Positions 19,183 through 28,373 of a DNA stretch of 46,739 bases are shown piece by piece; the stretch's first letter is position 1, and each line of letters begins with the position of its first letter. Origin of the DNA: Methanocella sp. (GTDB taxonomy: Archaea > Thermoproteota > Bathyarchaeia > Bathyarchaeales > Bathycorpusculaceae); the NCBI GenBank assembly GCA_050261115.1, contig JBLNCY010000038.1:1-46739 (forward strand), in the 5' to 3' direction. A model generated the notes under the pieces. It did not search any database. It saw nothing but the letters and a program-made list of their open reading frames with translations, and was not told the DNA's origin. A program made the translations under genes and the position numbers.

Positions 19183-21128
19183 TGATACTTGAAGAATTCT
19201 CTGCATGGTTCGTCTGGGTTATCCCACTCATCGCAAGCTTATTCGTTCCAGTTATAGCTAAGTACAGCGAGAGAGCCCGCAACTACTATGTAATCGCTAT
19301 AATGGGTGTTGTTGCGGCTCTTGCAGTTTCATTAATCCCTGGCGTCTGGTTTGGCGAGGGCGAGGCAGCTTACTACACTATTAGCTGGCTACCAAGCTTA
19401 ACGGGCGATGCCGGCATAACCGCAGGCGTCTGGGTAGATTCGCTTAGTGTACTATTCACGTGTCTTGTTGCCTTCTTTGGTGTAATTATCGCTGTTTACT
19501 CGCAGGGCTATATGAAAGGCGAGCAAGGCTTAACCCGATACTACTACCTCTTGTTGCTCTTCATTGGCTCCATGATTGGCCTTGTCATCTCCGATAACCT
19601 GTTACAGTTATTCATCTTCTGGGAAATGGTCGGTTTATGCTCCTATGCGCTCATCTCGTTCTGGTACAAGAAACCCGAATCCATTCACTCTGGTGTCAAA
19701 GTTTTCATAATGACCCGCATAGGTGACATCTGCCTGCTTGCAGCAATCGGCATCATGTTCCTAATGTTTGGCACCCTTAGTTTCCACGGCATAATCACAG
19801 GCATCGAGGGGGCAACAGTTGCTGGAACGCTTGACACTGGTTTACTGACAATTGCAGCCTTCTTGGTCTTGGGTGGTGCAGTGGCAAAATCCGCGCAGTT
19901 CCCGCTCTTCACATGGCTATACAGCGCAATGGAAGCCCCCACATCCGTCAGTGCTCTCTTACACGCAGCCACCATGGTCAAAGCAGGTATCTATCTACTA
20001 TCAAGATTCATTCTAATCTTCTCAATCGCACCCACACTGATGGCGGCACTTAGCGTTGCATGGTTCCCAACCATCGCTTGGATCGGCGTTATAACCGCCT
20101 TCATTGGCGCATCACTGGGTCTCATGACGACCGACATAAAAGGCGTCCTCGCGTACTCCACCGTCAGCCAAATCGGCTTCATGATGGTAGGCTTAGGCGT
20201 TGCACTTCATGGCGCCGAATCCATCGGCTGGTTCGGAAGTCTCTTCCACATGGTAAGCCACGCGTTTTTCGAAGGGCTCGGATTCCTCCTTGCAGGTGGT
20301 ATCATACATGCACTCGGAACCCGAGATATGCGCCTAATGGGTGGACTCAGAAAAGCCATGCCCATTACTTTCGGATTAATGGTTATAATGATCTTAACCA
20401 CCAGCGGTTTGCCTCCGTTTGCAGCCTTCTTCAGTAAAGGTCTCATCCTAGAAAGTGTCATGGAACTTGGCACAACCGCAGGATTAATCCAAACTGTAAT
20501 CCTCTTCGCAACCACTGCAATCACCTTCGCCTACTGTGTACGCATGTTCAGCTTAGTCTTCATGGGCAAACCATCACTGCACTTAGAGAAAATCCACATT
20601 CACGAGTCACCAAAAATTATGCTGATTCCCGCCGCCGTCCTCGCCGTCTTCTGCATCATCTGGGGCCTCTCCGAAACCGTAGTGGTTAACTTTATGCATT
20701 TAGAACTTGAAATCACGTTGCTTGAGGCCTTCACAACAATAGAGTTCCCAATATTCATGGCTTTGATTGCCCCCGTCTTTGTACTTGCCTACTGGAGCTA
20801 CTACAAAGGCTTCCAGGGCATCCGAAACGTAGCGGCAGGCAAAAACCCGCTTACAACACTGCTAAACCACAAGTACTTCATAGATGACCTCTACTACGGC
20901 ATTGCTAAAGGCATAAACAAGGCCTCGGAAGGACTCACCCGCTTTGAAAACTCTGTCTTTGGCAGAGGACCCGACAGAATCGGTGAAGACGTAGGCCGAG
21001 CAGCAGAACCCGGAAACGCAACGACGCTCAAGAAGGGCCCCTCAGACAGCTTCCGTAACTACGTGGCAGCCGCAGTTGTCGGCTTCATATTAATCGTGAT
21101 ATTAATCGTGTTAACGGTTGGAGTGTAA
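19182..21128 (+). CDS. nuoL: Antiporter-like subunit L (NuoL/FpoL)
   Basis: 'FIFWEMVGLCSY', 'KSAQFPL...AMEAPTSVSALLHAATMVKAG', 'LAYSTVSQIG', C-terminal 'KYFIDDLY' lateral helix. Confidence 0.93.
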   Translation: MILEEFSAWFVWVIPLIASLFVPVIAKYSERARNYYVIAIMGVVAALAVSLIPGVWFGEGEAAYYTISWLPSLTGDAGITAGVWVDSLSVLFTCLVAFFGVIIAVYSQGYMKGEQGLTRYYYLLLLFIGSMIGLVISDNLLQLFIFWEMVGLCSYALISFWYKKPESIHSGVKVFIMTRIGDICLLAAIGIMFLMFGTLSFHGIITGIEGATVAGTLDTGLLTIAAFLVLGGAVAKSAQFPLFTWLYSAMEAPTSVSALLHAATMVKAGIYLLSRFILIFSIAPTLMAALSVAWFPTIAWIGVITAFIGASLGLMTTDIKGVLAYSTVSQIGFMMVGLGVALHGAESIGWFGSLFHMVSHAFFEGLGFLLAGGIIHALGTRDMRLMGGLRKAMPITFGLMVIMILTTSGLPPFAAFFSKGLILESVMELGTTAGLIQTVILFATTAITFAYCVRMFSLVFMGKPSLHLEKIHIHESPKIMLIPAAVLAVFCIIWGLSETVVVNFMHLELEITLLEAFTTIEFPIFMALIAPVFVLAYWSYYKGFQGIRNVAAGKNPLTTLLNHKYFIDDLYYGIAKGINKASEGLTRFENSVFGRGPDRIGEDVGRAAEPGNATTLKKGPSDSFRNYVAAAVVGFILIVILIVLTVGV

Positions 21129-21132
21129 AACA

Positions 21133-22746
21133 ATGACGCTACCCCTATTACTCTTAGTCTTCGCGATAACCTCCATATGTATCCCACTTGTCTACCTCGT
21201 AGGCAAAAAATCAGCCAAAGCCGCAGCCTTCTTTGTTGCGGGTATTTCAGCATTAAACATGGCGCTTGTCGCAGGCACCATACCAACTATAATGGAAAGC
21301 GCCTCACATCGATATGTAGAAACCTACACTTGGATTCCAACAATCCTCAACACCGAATTCACCCTATTCACCGACGGCATCAGCGCCTCCATCGCACTCA
21401 TTAGCTTAGTGCTGGTCTTCGTCGCCTCCATATACTCAATCAACTACATGGCAGGCAAAAAGAACCTCGCCGCATACTACGCCCTACTCTGCATGCTTAG
21501 CGTCGGCTTAATCGGCGTATTCCTAACCAGCAACCTAATCCTGTTCTACTTCTGCTGGGAACTCATGCTCGTCCCCGCCTACTTCATCGTCGGCGAATGG
21601 GGCTACCGCAACAGCTACAAACAAGCCCTAAAACTCTTCATATTCACCCACGCAGGCGCAGTCTTCGTATTACTCGGCATCGCAGCAACCTACTGGGTAA
21701 GCGGCTCCACCGACATGTTCACCGCCCAGCAAGCATTAGCCACCGCAGCCAGCTCAGACATAGCCAAATGGATACTCCTCGCCCTAACAGGGGGGTTCGC
21801 CGTAAAGATGGCTGTTTTCCCCGTACACATGTGGCTACCCGACGCACACTCAGAAGCTCCCGCCCCCATGTCCGCACTACTCAGCGGCGTCATCATCAGC
21901 GCAGGAGCCTACGCAATAATACGCATGTCCTTTGGAATGGTTTTCCCAGCCGTCGGATCATCATTCGGAGTTAGCTTCTTACATGCGCTCTCAATCATAG
22001 GTGTAGTAACCGCCTTCTTCGGCTCACTAATCGCCCTTGTCGCAACTGACATTAAGCGTGTCATTGCGTACTCAAGCATCGCTCACATGGGCTACATCAT
22101 GTTCGGCCTCTCACTGTTCCCGGCGGCGCTTGCAAGCGGAAGCGTTGTAGCCTTAGCCGCTGCTCCCGCCATCGCCATCGTAGGCACCATACTGCATATA
22201 ATTACTCACGCGGCAAGCAAGGGCCTCTTCTTCCTCACCGCAGGAGGAGTAATGCATCAAACCGAAGAAAGAGACATACGCAAAATGGGCGGCTTAGCAA
22301 GCAAAATGCCCTTCTCAACAGTCTCAGGCATGATTGCGGCCCTAAGCATCGCAGGCGCACCGCCCCTAGCATGCTTCATAAGCGAATTCCTACTGTTTGT
22401 GGGTGCATTCCAAATAATCTCCGTCGATAGCTTCTACATTATACCTACCGCTGTTATGCTCGTTGCCACCGTGTTCTCTTTGGCCTACGCGCTAAGATTC
22501 ATCTCAAAAGTTTTCTTAGGCCGAGCCCAAGGCGAACCCGAAGTCATAGATGAGCACGCTGGGCACGGTGCAGACGCATCTCCCGCGCCAGCCGTCGAGC
22601 ACGCCGAGCCTGGCCACACGATTGTGGACATACCTAACTACATGAAGGTCGCACTCGCAATCCTTGTGGTCCTTGTAGTGTTAATCGGTATTTACCCGAC
22701 GTTCTTTATGCAGCTAATTCAAACAGTTACCTTCGGAGGCATCTAA
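21133..22746 (+). CDS. nuoM: Antiporter-like subunit M (NuoM/FpoM)
   Basis: 'WELMLVP', 'KMAVFPVHMWLPDAHSEAP', 'KRVIAYSSIAHMG', 'FISEF'. Confidence 0.92.
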   Translation: MTLPLLLLVFAITSICIPLVYLVGKKSAKAAAFFVAGISALNMALVAGTIPTIMESASHRYVETYTWIPTILNTEFTLFTDGISASIALISLVLVFVASIYSINYMAGKKNLAAYYALLCMLSVGLIGVFLTSNLILFYFCWELMLVPAYFIVGEWGYRNSYKQALKLFIFTHAGAVFVLLGIAATYWVSGSTDMFTAQQALATAASSDIAKWILLALTGGFAVKMAVFPVHMWLPDAHSEAPAPMSALLSGVIISAGAYAIIRMSFGMVFPAVGSSFGVSFLHALSIIGVVTAFFGSLIALVATDIKRVIAYSSIAHMGYIMFGLSLFPAALASGSVVALAAAPAIAIVGTILHIITHAASKGLFFLTAGGVMHQTEERDIRKMGGLASKMPFSTVSGMIAALSIAGAPPLACFISEFLLFVGAFQIISVDSFYIIPTAVMLVATVFSLAYALRFISKVFLGRAQGEPEVIDEHAGHGADASPAPAVEHAEPGHTIVDIPNYMKVALAILVVLVVLIGIYPTFFMQLIQTVTFGGI

Positions 22747-22747
22747 C

Positions 22748-24256
22748 ATGGTCACCATAACTGATGTAATCCTGCCCATATTCACCCTCATAGTCGCAGC
22801 CCTACTAACCATCCCCATCTTTAAGGTAATCCGCAAAAGCGGCCACAAAACCGCGCTCTCATTGGCATGGTTTATTGTGGTCTTTGCCGCCGCCGCATTG
22901 ACTGTCGCAAACCTCACAATATCCTACTACAGCGTAGCTGACCCATCCACTCTTAACTTGACCCTTGAAGGCACCGCAGACGCTGCAATAGCCACCTCCT
23001 TCCTAATCGACGCCCTATCAATCTACATGGCTATCATAATCGTCGCAGTAGCCGCAGTCGTAGTCGTTTACACGGTCTTCTTCGTTAACACCGCTGACCG
23101 CCCAACAGACCGCTACCTTGCAATCATGCTCCTACTAACCGGTGCACTAATCGGCGCAGTACTCGCAGGCGACCTCTTAACCTTCTTCATATTCTGGGAA
23201 GCCGCAACAGCAGCCGCAGCATTCCTTATGATGTACCGCAAAAACGCATTCAGCCTCAACGCCACCCTAAAATACCTAGTTATGGTCATCATCGCCTCAG
23301 CCTTCGTCTTGCTTGGTCTCTCAATCGTGTACGGCTTAACCGGCACCCTAAACTACATCGCACTAAGAGACTCAATAGGCGCATTAGTAGGCGTCGACCG
23401 GACTCTGCTAATCATCTCATTCGTCTTCATCGCCGCTGGCTACGCGATTGAAGCCGCCATCGTACCCTTCCACTTCTGGCTACCCGACGCATACACCGCC
23501 GCATCCGCACCCTCAGCCGCGTTCCTCTCAGCGCTAGTAGATCAAGGCAGCTACTACATCATAATCAGAATCTTACTCTTCATAATCCTGCCACCCTCAG
23601 TGGGAGGCGCATTTGACTGGACACTTATGCTTGCAGTCATGGCCGCCCTAACCATGATAGTTGGCAACATCTTTGCCCTAATACAACACAACATCAAACG
23701 CATGATCGCCTACATCTGTGTCGCAGACGTCGGCTACAACCTCATCGCCATCACCAGCGCAACCGAACTTGGCTTAGCAGGCAACATGTACTTCTTCCTA
23801 ATCGGCGGCTTAACCACTGCACTCGCATTCATGGCAATCGGCATAATGAACGCCAAAGGCTTCCGTACACTTGACGACTTTGCAGGCGTAGGCAAAAAGA
23901 TGCCCTGGACCAGCCTGGCACTTGTCTTTGCAGGCCTAAGCTTTGCCGGTGTCCCACCCTTAGGCGGCTTCATGGCCAAATACCTCGTGTTCACCTCAGC
24001 AGTCACCGTGGACTTAACTTGGCTGGCAATCATCGGTGTCCTCACCAGCGTACTGCAGACCGCCTATATCTTCCGCTTGGTAAACGTCATGTACGGTAAA
24101 CCCGCTGCAGATCCCAAAGCAATCCTTGAGGACAAGCGTATCTTGATCCCCATATTCATCTTGGTTGGGGCGATCTTTGTATTCGGCTTGTTCCCAGACT
24201 TGGTATTGCAGCTGATTAACCCCATAACCAGCCAACTTCCCTGGGTCGTACCGTAA
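22748..24256 (+). CDS. nuoN: Antiporter-like subunit N (NuoN/FpoN/MrpD-like)
   Basis: 'FWE', 'LKY', 'VPFHFWLPDAY', 'NIKRMIAY', 'GVPPLGGFMAKY'; last gene of the operon. Confidence 0.88.
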   Translation: MVTITDVILPIFTLIVAALLTIPIFKVIRKSGHKTALSLAWFIVVFAAAALTVANLTISYYSVADPSTLNLTLEGTADAAIATSFLIDALSIYMAIIIVAVAAVVVVYTVFFVNTADRPTDRYLAIMLLLTGALIGAVLAGDLLTFFIFWEAATAAAAFLMMYRKNAFSLNATLKYLVMVIIASAFVLLGLSIVYGLTGTLNYIALRDSIGALVGVDRTLLIISFVFIAAGYAIEAAIVPFHFWLPDAYTAASAPSAAFLSALVDQGSYYIIIRILLFIILPPSVGGAFDWTLMLAVMAALTMIVGNIFALIQHNIKRMIAYICVADVGYNLIAITSATELGLAGNMYFFLIGGLTTALAFMAIGIMNAKGFRTLDDFAGVGKKMPWTSLALVFAGLSFAGVPPLGGFMAKYLVFTSAVTVDLTWLAIIGVLTSVLQTAYIFRLVNVMYGKPAADPKAILEDKRILIPIFILVGAIFVFGLFPDLVLQLINPITSQLPWVVP

Positions 24257-24309
24257 CCCACCCCCATTTCTTTTAGATAATTTCTCTGTCTGTAGAGTTT
24301 TGCGCTATT

Positions 24310-24316
24310 TTTATAA
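24310..24316 (+). promoter_or_regulatory. TATA box of a leaderless mtnP-apt transcript
   Basis: TTTATAA 25 nt upstream of ATG 24342. Confidence 0.6.
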
Positions 24317-24341
24317 GCCAAACGCTCGCCTTCTACTATTC

Positions 24342-25133
24342 ATGCAAGTTGAAATTGGAGTTATCGGCGGAACCGGTCTATATGACCCCAAATTACTCAA
24401 GAATATACAGGAAATCACAGTTGAAACACCCTACGGCAAACCCTCAGACGCCCTCTTAATCGGCGAATTAAGCGGCAGAACCGTAGCGTTTCTACCAAGA
24501 CACGGAAAACTACACACCATACGCCCAACCGACATAAACGTCAGAGCAAACATCTGGGCGCTCAAACGGATAGGCGTAAAACGTATCTATGCAACCTCCA
24601 CGGTGGGTTCGCTTCGAGAGGATTACGCACCCGGCGATATGGTTTTTGCAGACCAATTTATTGATCGAACAACTAAACGTGAACAATCCTTCTATACCCT
24701 TGCTGAGGGGAAAGTTTGCCATATCTCTCCCGCGGAGCCCATGTGCCCTGACCTTCACCAAACCGCTATAGAAGCAGCAAAAACCCTAAACTTAAAGCAT
24801 CACCCAACAGGCACCTATGTCTGTATTGAGGGGCCTCGGTTTAGTACAAAAGCGGAGTCGCGTATGTATCGGCAATGGGGTGCTGACATTATAGGTATGA
24901 CTATGGTTCCCGAAGTCGTGTTAGCAAGGGAAGCTGAAATCTGCTACACAAACATCTCCACAGTTACTGACTATGACTGCTGGAAGGACCACAACGTATG
25001 CGTCGATGACATCGTTGCGGTTATGAAAACGGGGATTGAGAACGTTAAGAAAATCATCGCAGAAGTTATCGCTAAAACTCCCAGCACCCAGAGCTGTAAA
25101 TGTAATTGCGCTTTGAATGGCGCTTTTGCTTAG
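24342..25133 (+). CDS. mtnP: S-methyl-5'-thioadenosine phosphorylase
   Basis: 'IGVIGGTG', 'TPYGKPS', 'FLPRHG', 'IEGPRFSTKAES', 'GMT', 'VTDYDCW'. Confidence 0.93.
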   Translation: MQVEIGVIGGTGLYDPKLLKNIQEITVETPYGKPSDALLIGELSGRTVAFLPRHGKLHTIRPTDINVRANIWALKRIGVKRIYATSTVGSLREDYAPGDMVFADQFIDRTTKREQSFYTLAEGKVCHISPAEPMCPDLHQTAIEAAKTLNLKHHPTGTYVCIEGPRFSTKAESRMYRQWGADIIGMTMVPEVVLAREAEICYTNISTVTDYDCWKDHNVCVDDIVAVMKTGIENVKKIIAEVIAKTPSTQSCKCNCALNGAFA

Positions 25134-25145
25134 AGGTTGAATTAA

Positions 25146-25736
25146 ATGAACAAGACCGATAGAGTGGCAATAAACCTAAACATCAACAAAATCAGCTTAA
25201 ACGAAAAAATAAATCTGAAAAGTAGCATTCGTAGAATTCCCGAATTCAAAGGCGTAGTTTTTTGGGATATTACTACGTTACTTAAGGACCCTGTTATATT
25301 CAAAGAAGCCATCAAGCGACTAGCTAACTATTATCGCGATAAAAAAATCGATGTTATCGTCTCTAACGAGGCACGCGGATTTATTATCGGCGCGCCCCTT
25401 GCATACGAGTTAGGCGTAGGCTTTGTTCCCATCCGCAAAAAAGGCAAACTACCCTACAAATGCCTAGACTATACCTACACGACAGAATACAGCACTGATA
25501 GCATCCAGATCCATGAAGACGCTATCGAGAAGGGCCAAAACGTCCTAATCGTCGACGACTTGCTTGCGACAGGCGGAACCGTCAAGGCTAACGTGGAAAT
25601 GGTTGAGAAACTGGGAGGAAACGTTATTGGCTTAGGCTTCCTAATCGAGCTGGAATACCTTGCCGGCCGAAAAGCATTAGGCAACAAATATGACGTGTTC
25701 TCGTTAGTAAATTACAAGACGCCAAACGACGTCTAA
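25146..25736 (+). CDS. apt: Adenine phosphoribosyltransferase
   Basis: 'FWDITTLL', 'EARGFIIG', 'IRKKGKLP', 'IVDDLLATGGT'. Confidence 0.93.
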   Translation: MNKTDRVAINLNINKISLNEKINLKSSIRRIPEFKGVVFWDITTLLKDPVIFKEAIKRLANYYRDKKIDVIVSNEARGFIIGAPLAYELGVGFVPIRKKGKLPYKCLDYTYTTEYSTDSIQIHEDAIEKGQNVLIVDDLLATGGTVKANVEMVEKLGGNVIGLGFLIELEYLAGRKALGNKYDVFSLVNYKTPNDV

Positions 25737-25751
25737 ACAATTTTTTGTTTT

Positions 25752-25906
25752 GGGCTTGGCTTATAGAAAGCATGAGTCAAGCTTCCATTCCTCCACTTCC
25801 TCCCAGATGGCGAAAAAACGTAATATGAATGGGCAACCACCGCTTTCGTCATGCTTTCTGCAGTCTAAAAAGCGGTTTTTCGCCAAGCCCCAGCTTTTTC
25901 AAGCTG
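25752..25906. other. Intergenic segment with multiple nested and competing inverted repeats (candidate structured RNA or MITE relic)
   Basis: Perfect stems of 9, 11, 6, 10 and 8 bp plus a terminal 6-bp hairpin within about 155 nt. Confidence 0.4.
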
Positions 25907-26020
25907 CACGATAAACTATTGCCCACAGAGGTTATATCAATTTGTTGTTGTGGAAGGGTAGCAACTTAGATTTAATACTCTTTTTGGGCAAAATAGATAA
26001 TCAAATAGGAGATTGATTCA

Positions 26021-26326
26021 ATGGAGACGGTTTTTGTCGAGCAACCCAAACCACAAATTAATGCGGGTGGACTTCCTGAAGCGGCGGTTTTGAAACAAAA
26101 GAGAAGCGCTTTTGTTTTTATCACAGCTGAATCCGATGAGAGTAACAATGTATTAGAGGATCTTAGGAAGCTTGATGCAGTTGAAGAGGTTTATCTTGCA
26201 AGAGGCGCCTATGATTTGATTGCAAAGGTCAGTGGGGCTTCTATCGATTATCTTCGCGAGGAAGTTCTCAAGCAAATCAGGAATCTGTCGAGCATAAAGT
26301 CGACGTTAACGCTAACTGTGGTTTAA
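26021..26326 (+). CDS. Stand-alone Lrp/AsnC ligand-binding (RAM) domain protein
   Basis: 'AFVFI...VEEVYLARGAYDLIAKV...IRNLSSIKSTLTL'; no HTH domain. Confidence 0.85.
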   Translation: METVFVEQPKPQINAGGLPEAAVLKQKRSAFVFITAESDESNNVLEDLRKLDAVEEVYLARGAYDLIAKVSGASIDYLREEVLKQIRNLSSIKSTLTLTVV

Positions 26327-26388
26327 TTCTTAGTTTGGGGTTTGTTATCGCTTCTTTTACGTAAGGTTATGTTGAGAAAAAATTTAGG

Positions 26389-26619
26389 TTAAACTGTTAG
26401 AGTCATTTTTTCGTTTACTTTTATGGGCGCCGTCGGCGGCGTTAAATCTTGGATGTAGTCCTGCTGTTTACGTAGACACTCGTGTATGTGCCTCCAAAGC
26501 AGGTAACGCGATCGCCAAGCAGAGTCGTCACAGAAGGGGCATTCATAAATTGGTTGATTCAATCCTCTCACCTTCCATAAACCCTCCATAGCAGCAAATA
26601 TAGCCATATGTGACTGCAA
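26389..26619 (-). CDS. Small hypothetical protein with a C2H2/C2HC zinc-finger-like motif
   Basis: 'YECPFC...LLWRHIHEC'; the start may be a downstream ATG. Confidence 0.5.
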   Translation of the reverse strand: MQSHMAIFAAMEGLWKVRGLNQPIYECPFCDDSAWRSRYLLWRHIHECLRKQQDYIQDLTPPTAPIKVNEKMTLTV

Positions 26620-26643
26620 AAAAACTACAACAAAAATGGGTTG

Positions 26644-27840
26644 TTAGGCGGCGCCGATGGTTACCGATATGTTCTGAGTTTGGCCGTCGCGGACAACCGT
26701 GAAACTAACCGATTGGCCCGGCAGTGTATATCTTTCTAGGTATGCGAGTAAGTCGTCGGTGTTGGCTATTCTTTGGTTGTTTATTGCTATGATTATGTCT
26801 CCGCCTACGATGACGTTGTCGCCTAAAATGCCTTGATACCTATCGCCGCCCCGTAGACCATTGTTTACAGTTACACGCTCAACCAAGTAGCCGTAGGTGA
26901 CATCAACATTCATTGCCTGTGCAATTCGATAATTCATATCGACGCCTTGAGTGTTTATCGAGGGATGACTATCATAGAATCCCGTCGTCACAAGCGACTC
27001 GATCTCTCTTAGTATGGTTGATGAGGGTATGGCGAAGCCTAAGCCTTCGGAGTTACTTATGCCCGCGGTGGTTATTCCCACGACTTGGCCAGCGTAGTTG
27101 AGCAGCGGACCGCCTGAGTTGCCTGCATTAATCGGTGTGGTTGTTTGTATGGTGTCGGCGATTTGCTGTGTCTGTTTGCCTGATTTATCGCTTTCAACTA
27201 TGGTTCTGCCCAGTGCGCTGATGATGCCCGTCGTAAGTGTGCCAGAGAGGCCATAGGGGGAACCCACAGCTATCACCGGGTCGCCGACGCTTAAGGTAAG
27301 GGAACTAACAAGGTTTAGTCCAAAGGCGTTGCTAGGTATATTGGCGGAGAGAATGGCCAAATCCGCTTTAGCATCCTGACCAAGCACAGTAGCTGGATAG
27401 CTGTTCCCGTCAGCAAAAGTTACCGTTATGTTGAGGGCGCCTTCGATGACGTGATTGTTGGTTACTATCACCTTTTGGCCATTAACTGACGTGACAAATC
27501 CTGAACCCTGCTGAAGGCTATATGCTTGCTGACCGAGCCCAGAAACGGGTTTCACGTTTTGGATTACCACTACCGAAGGCTTAACTAGTGTGTATAGGCT
27601 GGCAAGTGAGATATTATCGTCAAGTAGGTAGGTTTGGCTGCTAATGCCGCCGTTGAGTCCAAGCTGCGACTGTAGGTTGGTTAATTTATTGTTAAAGTCA
27701 ATGTATGTCACTGCCGAGCCTACGCCGGCGCCGATAACTAAGCCGATTAAAAGGGTGACCAGTAGGTTTTTAGAGATTCGCTTGGTTTTTTGGGTTGGTT
27801 GCGGAGGAGGGAAGTAAGGACCTGATAGTGGTGATTCCAT
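26644..27840 (-). CDS. htrA: HtrA/DegP-like membrane-anchored serine protease with PDZ domain
   Basis: 'GSGFV', 'TNNHVI', 'DLAIL', 'INAGNSGGPL', PDZ 'GDIIIAIN'; N-terminal TM; ATG 27840 preferred over the extended ORF. Confidence 0.9.
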   Translation of the reverse strand: MESPLSGPYFPPPQPTQKTKRISKNLLVTLLIGLVIGAGVGSAVTYIDFNNKLTNLQSQLGLNGGISSQTYLLDDNISLASLYTLVKPSVVVIQNVKPVSGLGQQAYSLQQGSGFVTSVNGQKVIVTNNHVIEGALNITVTFADGNSYPATVLGQDAKADLAILSANIPSNAFGLNLVSSLTLSVGDPVIAVGSPYGLSGTLTTGIISALGRTIVESDKSGKQTQQIADTIQTTTPINAGNSGGPLLNYAGQVVGITTAGISNSEGLGFAIPSSTILREIESLVTTGFYDSHPSINTQGVDMNYRIAQAMNVDVTYGYLVERVTVNNGLRGGDRYQGILGDNVIVGGDIIIAINNQRIANTDDLLAYLERYTLPGQSVSFTVVRDGQTQNISVTIGAA

Positions 27841-28041
27841 AGAATCACATGTTGAAGTCGTCTGATGTAAAGATATGCTTTTTTCATGATGGCAAATCGG
27901 GGTTGTTGAATTTGATGGCTGAATGGTCAATACTACTTTTTGTGAGCTATAAGCCCTAAAAAGGGTACGCAAGAGGTGCACACATTTATTATATTAGCCC
28001 GTTAACAGTCTAACAATCTCTAAAAGCGTGGAGAGAGCACC

Positions 28042-28344
28042 GTGTCCGCAAACGCAAGAACACTCAAATATCTACTAGGCTGGCTAATTGCTGGTACTAG
28101 AGGCGGACCGACCCGCGCAAAAATTATAAAAGCGCTAAAAGAAAGCCCACAAAACGCCAATCAACTCGCCACCCTGCTAAAGATGGATTACAAAACCATG
28201 CGCCACCACTTAGAAGTTCTTGAGAAAAACAAAATGCTTACTTCAGTCGGCGATCGATATGGGGCAACATATTTTCTTTCGCAAGCGCTCGAAGACAACT
28301 ATTCCATATTTGAAGAAATTATTAGCAAAATCGGGAAAAAGTAG
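28042..28344 (+). CDS. ArsR-like winged helix-turn-helix regulator
   Basis: 'GTRGGPTRAKII...NANQLA...DYKTMRHHLEVL...YGATYF'. Confidence 0.88.
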   Translation: MSANARTLKYLLGWLIAGTRGGPTRAKIIKALKESPQNANQLATLLKMDYKTMRHHLEVLEKNKMLTSVGDRYGATYFLSQALEDNYSIFEEIISKIGKK

Positions 28345-28373
28345 AAAAAGGAGCACAAGAAAGAGGGAGACAA

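Noticed and set aside
14575-24256. Calling the operon NADH:quinone oxidoreductase or F420H2 dehydrogenase
   Set aside because: No NuoEFG or FpoF genes here, and the NiFe-binding cysteines are intact
27841-27981. N-terminal extensions of ORF-track proteins (HtrA; likewise hppA, mtnP, ncsA, nuoI, DUF1922)
   Set aside because: Extensions run through promoter regions or neighbouring genes; downstream starts fit TATA spacing or family length better
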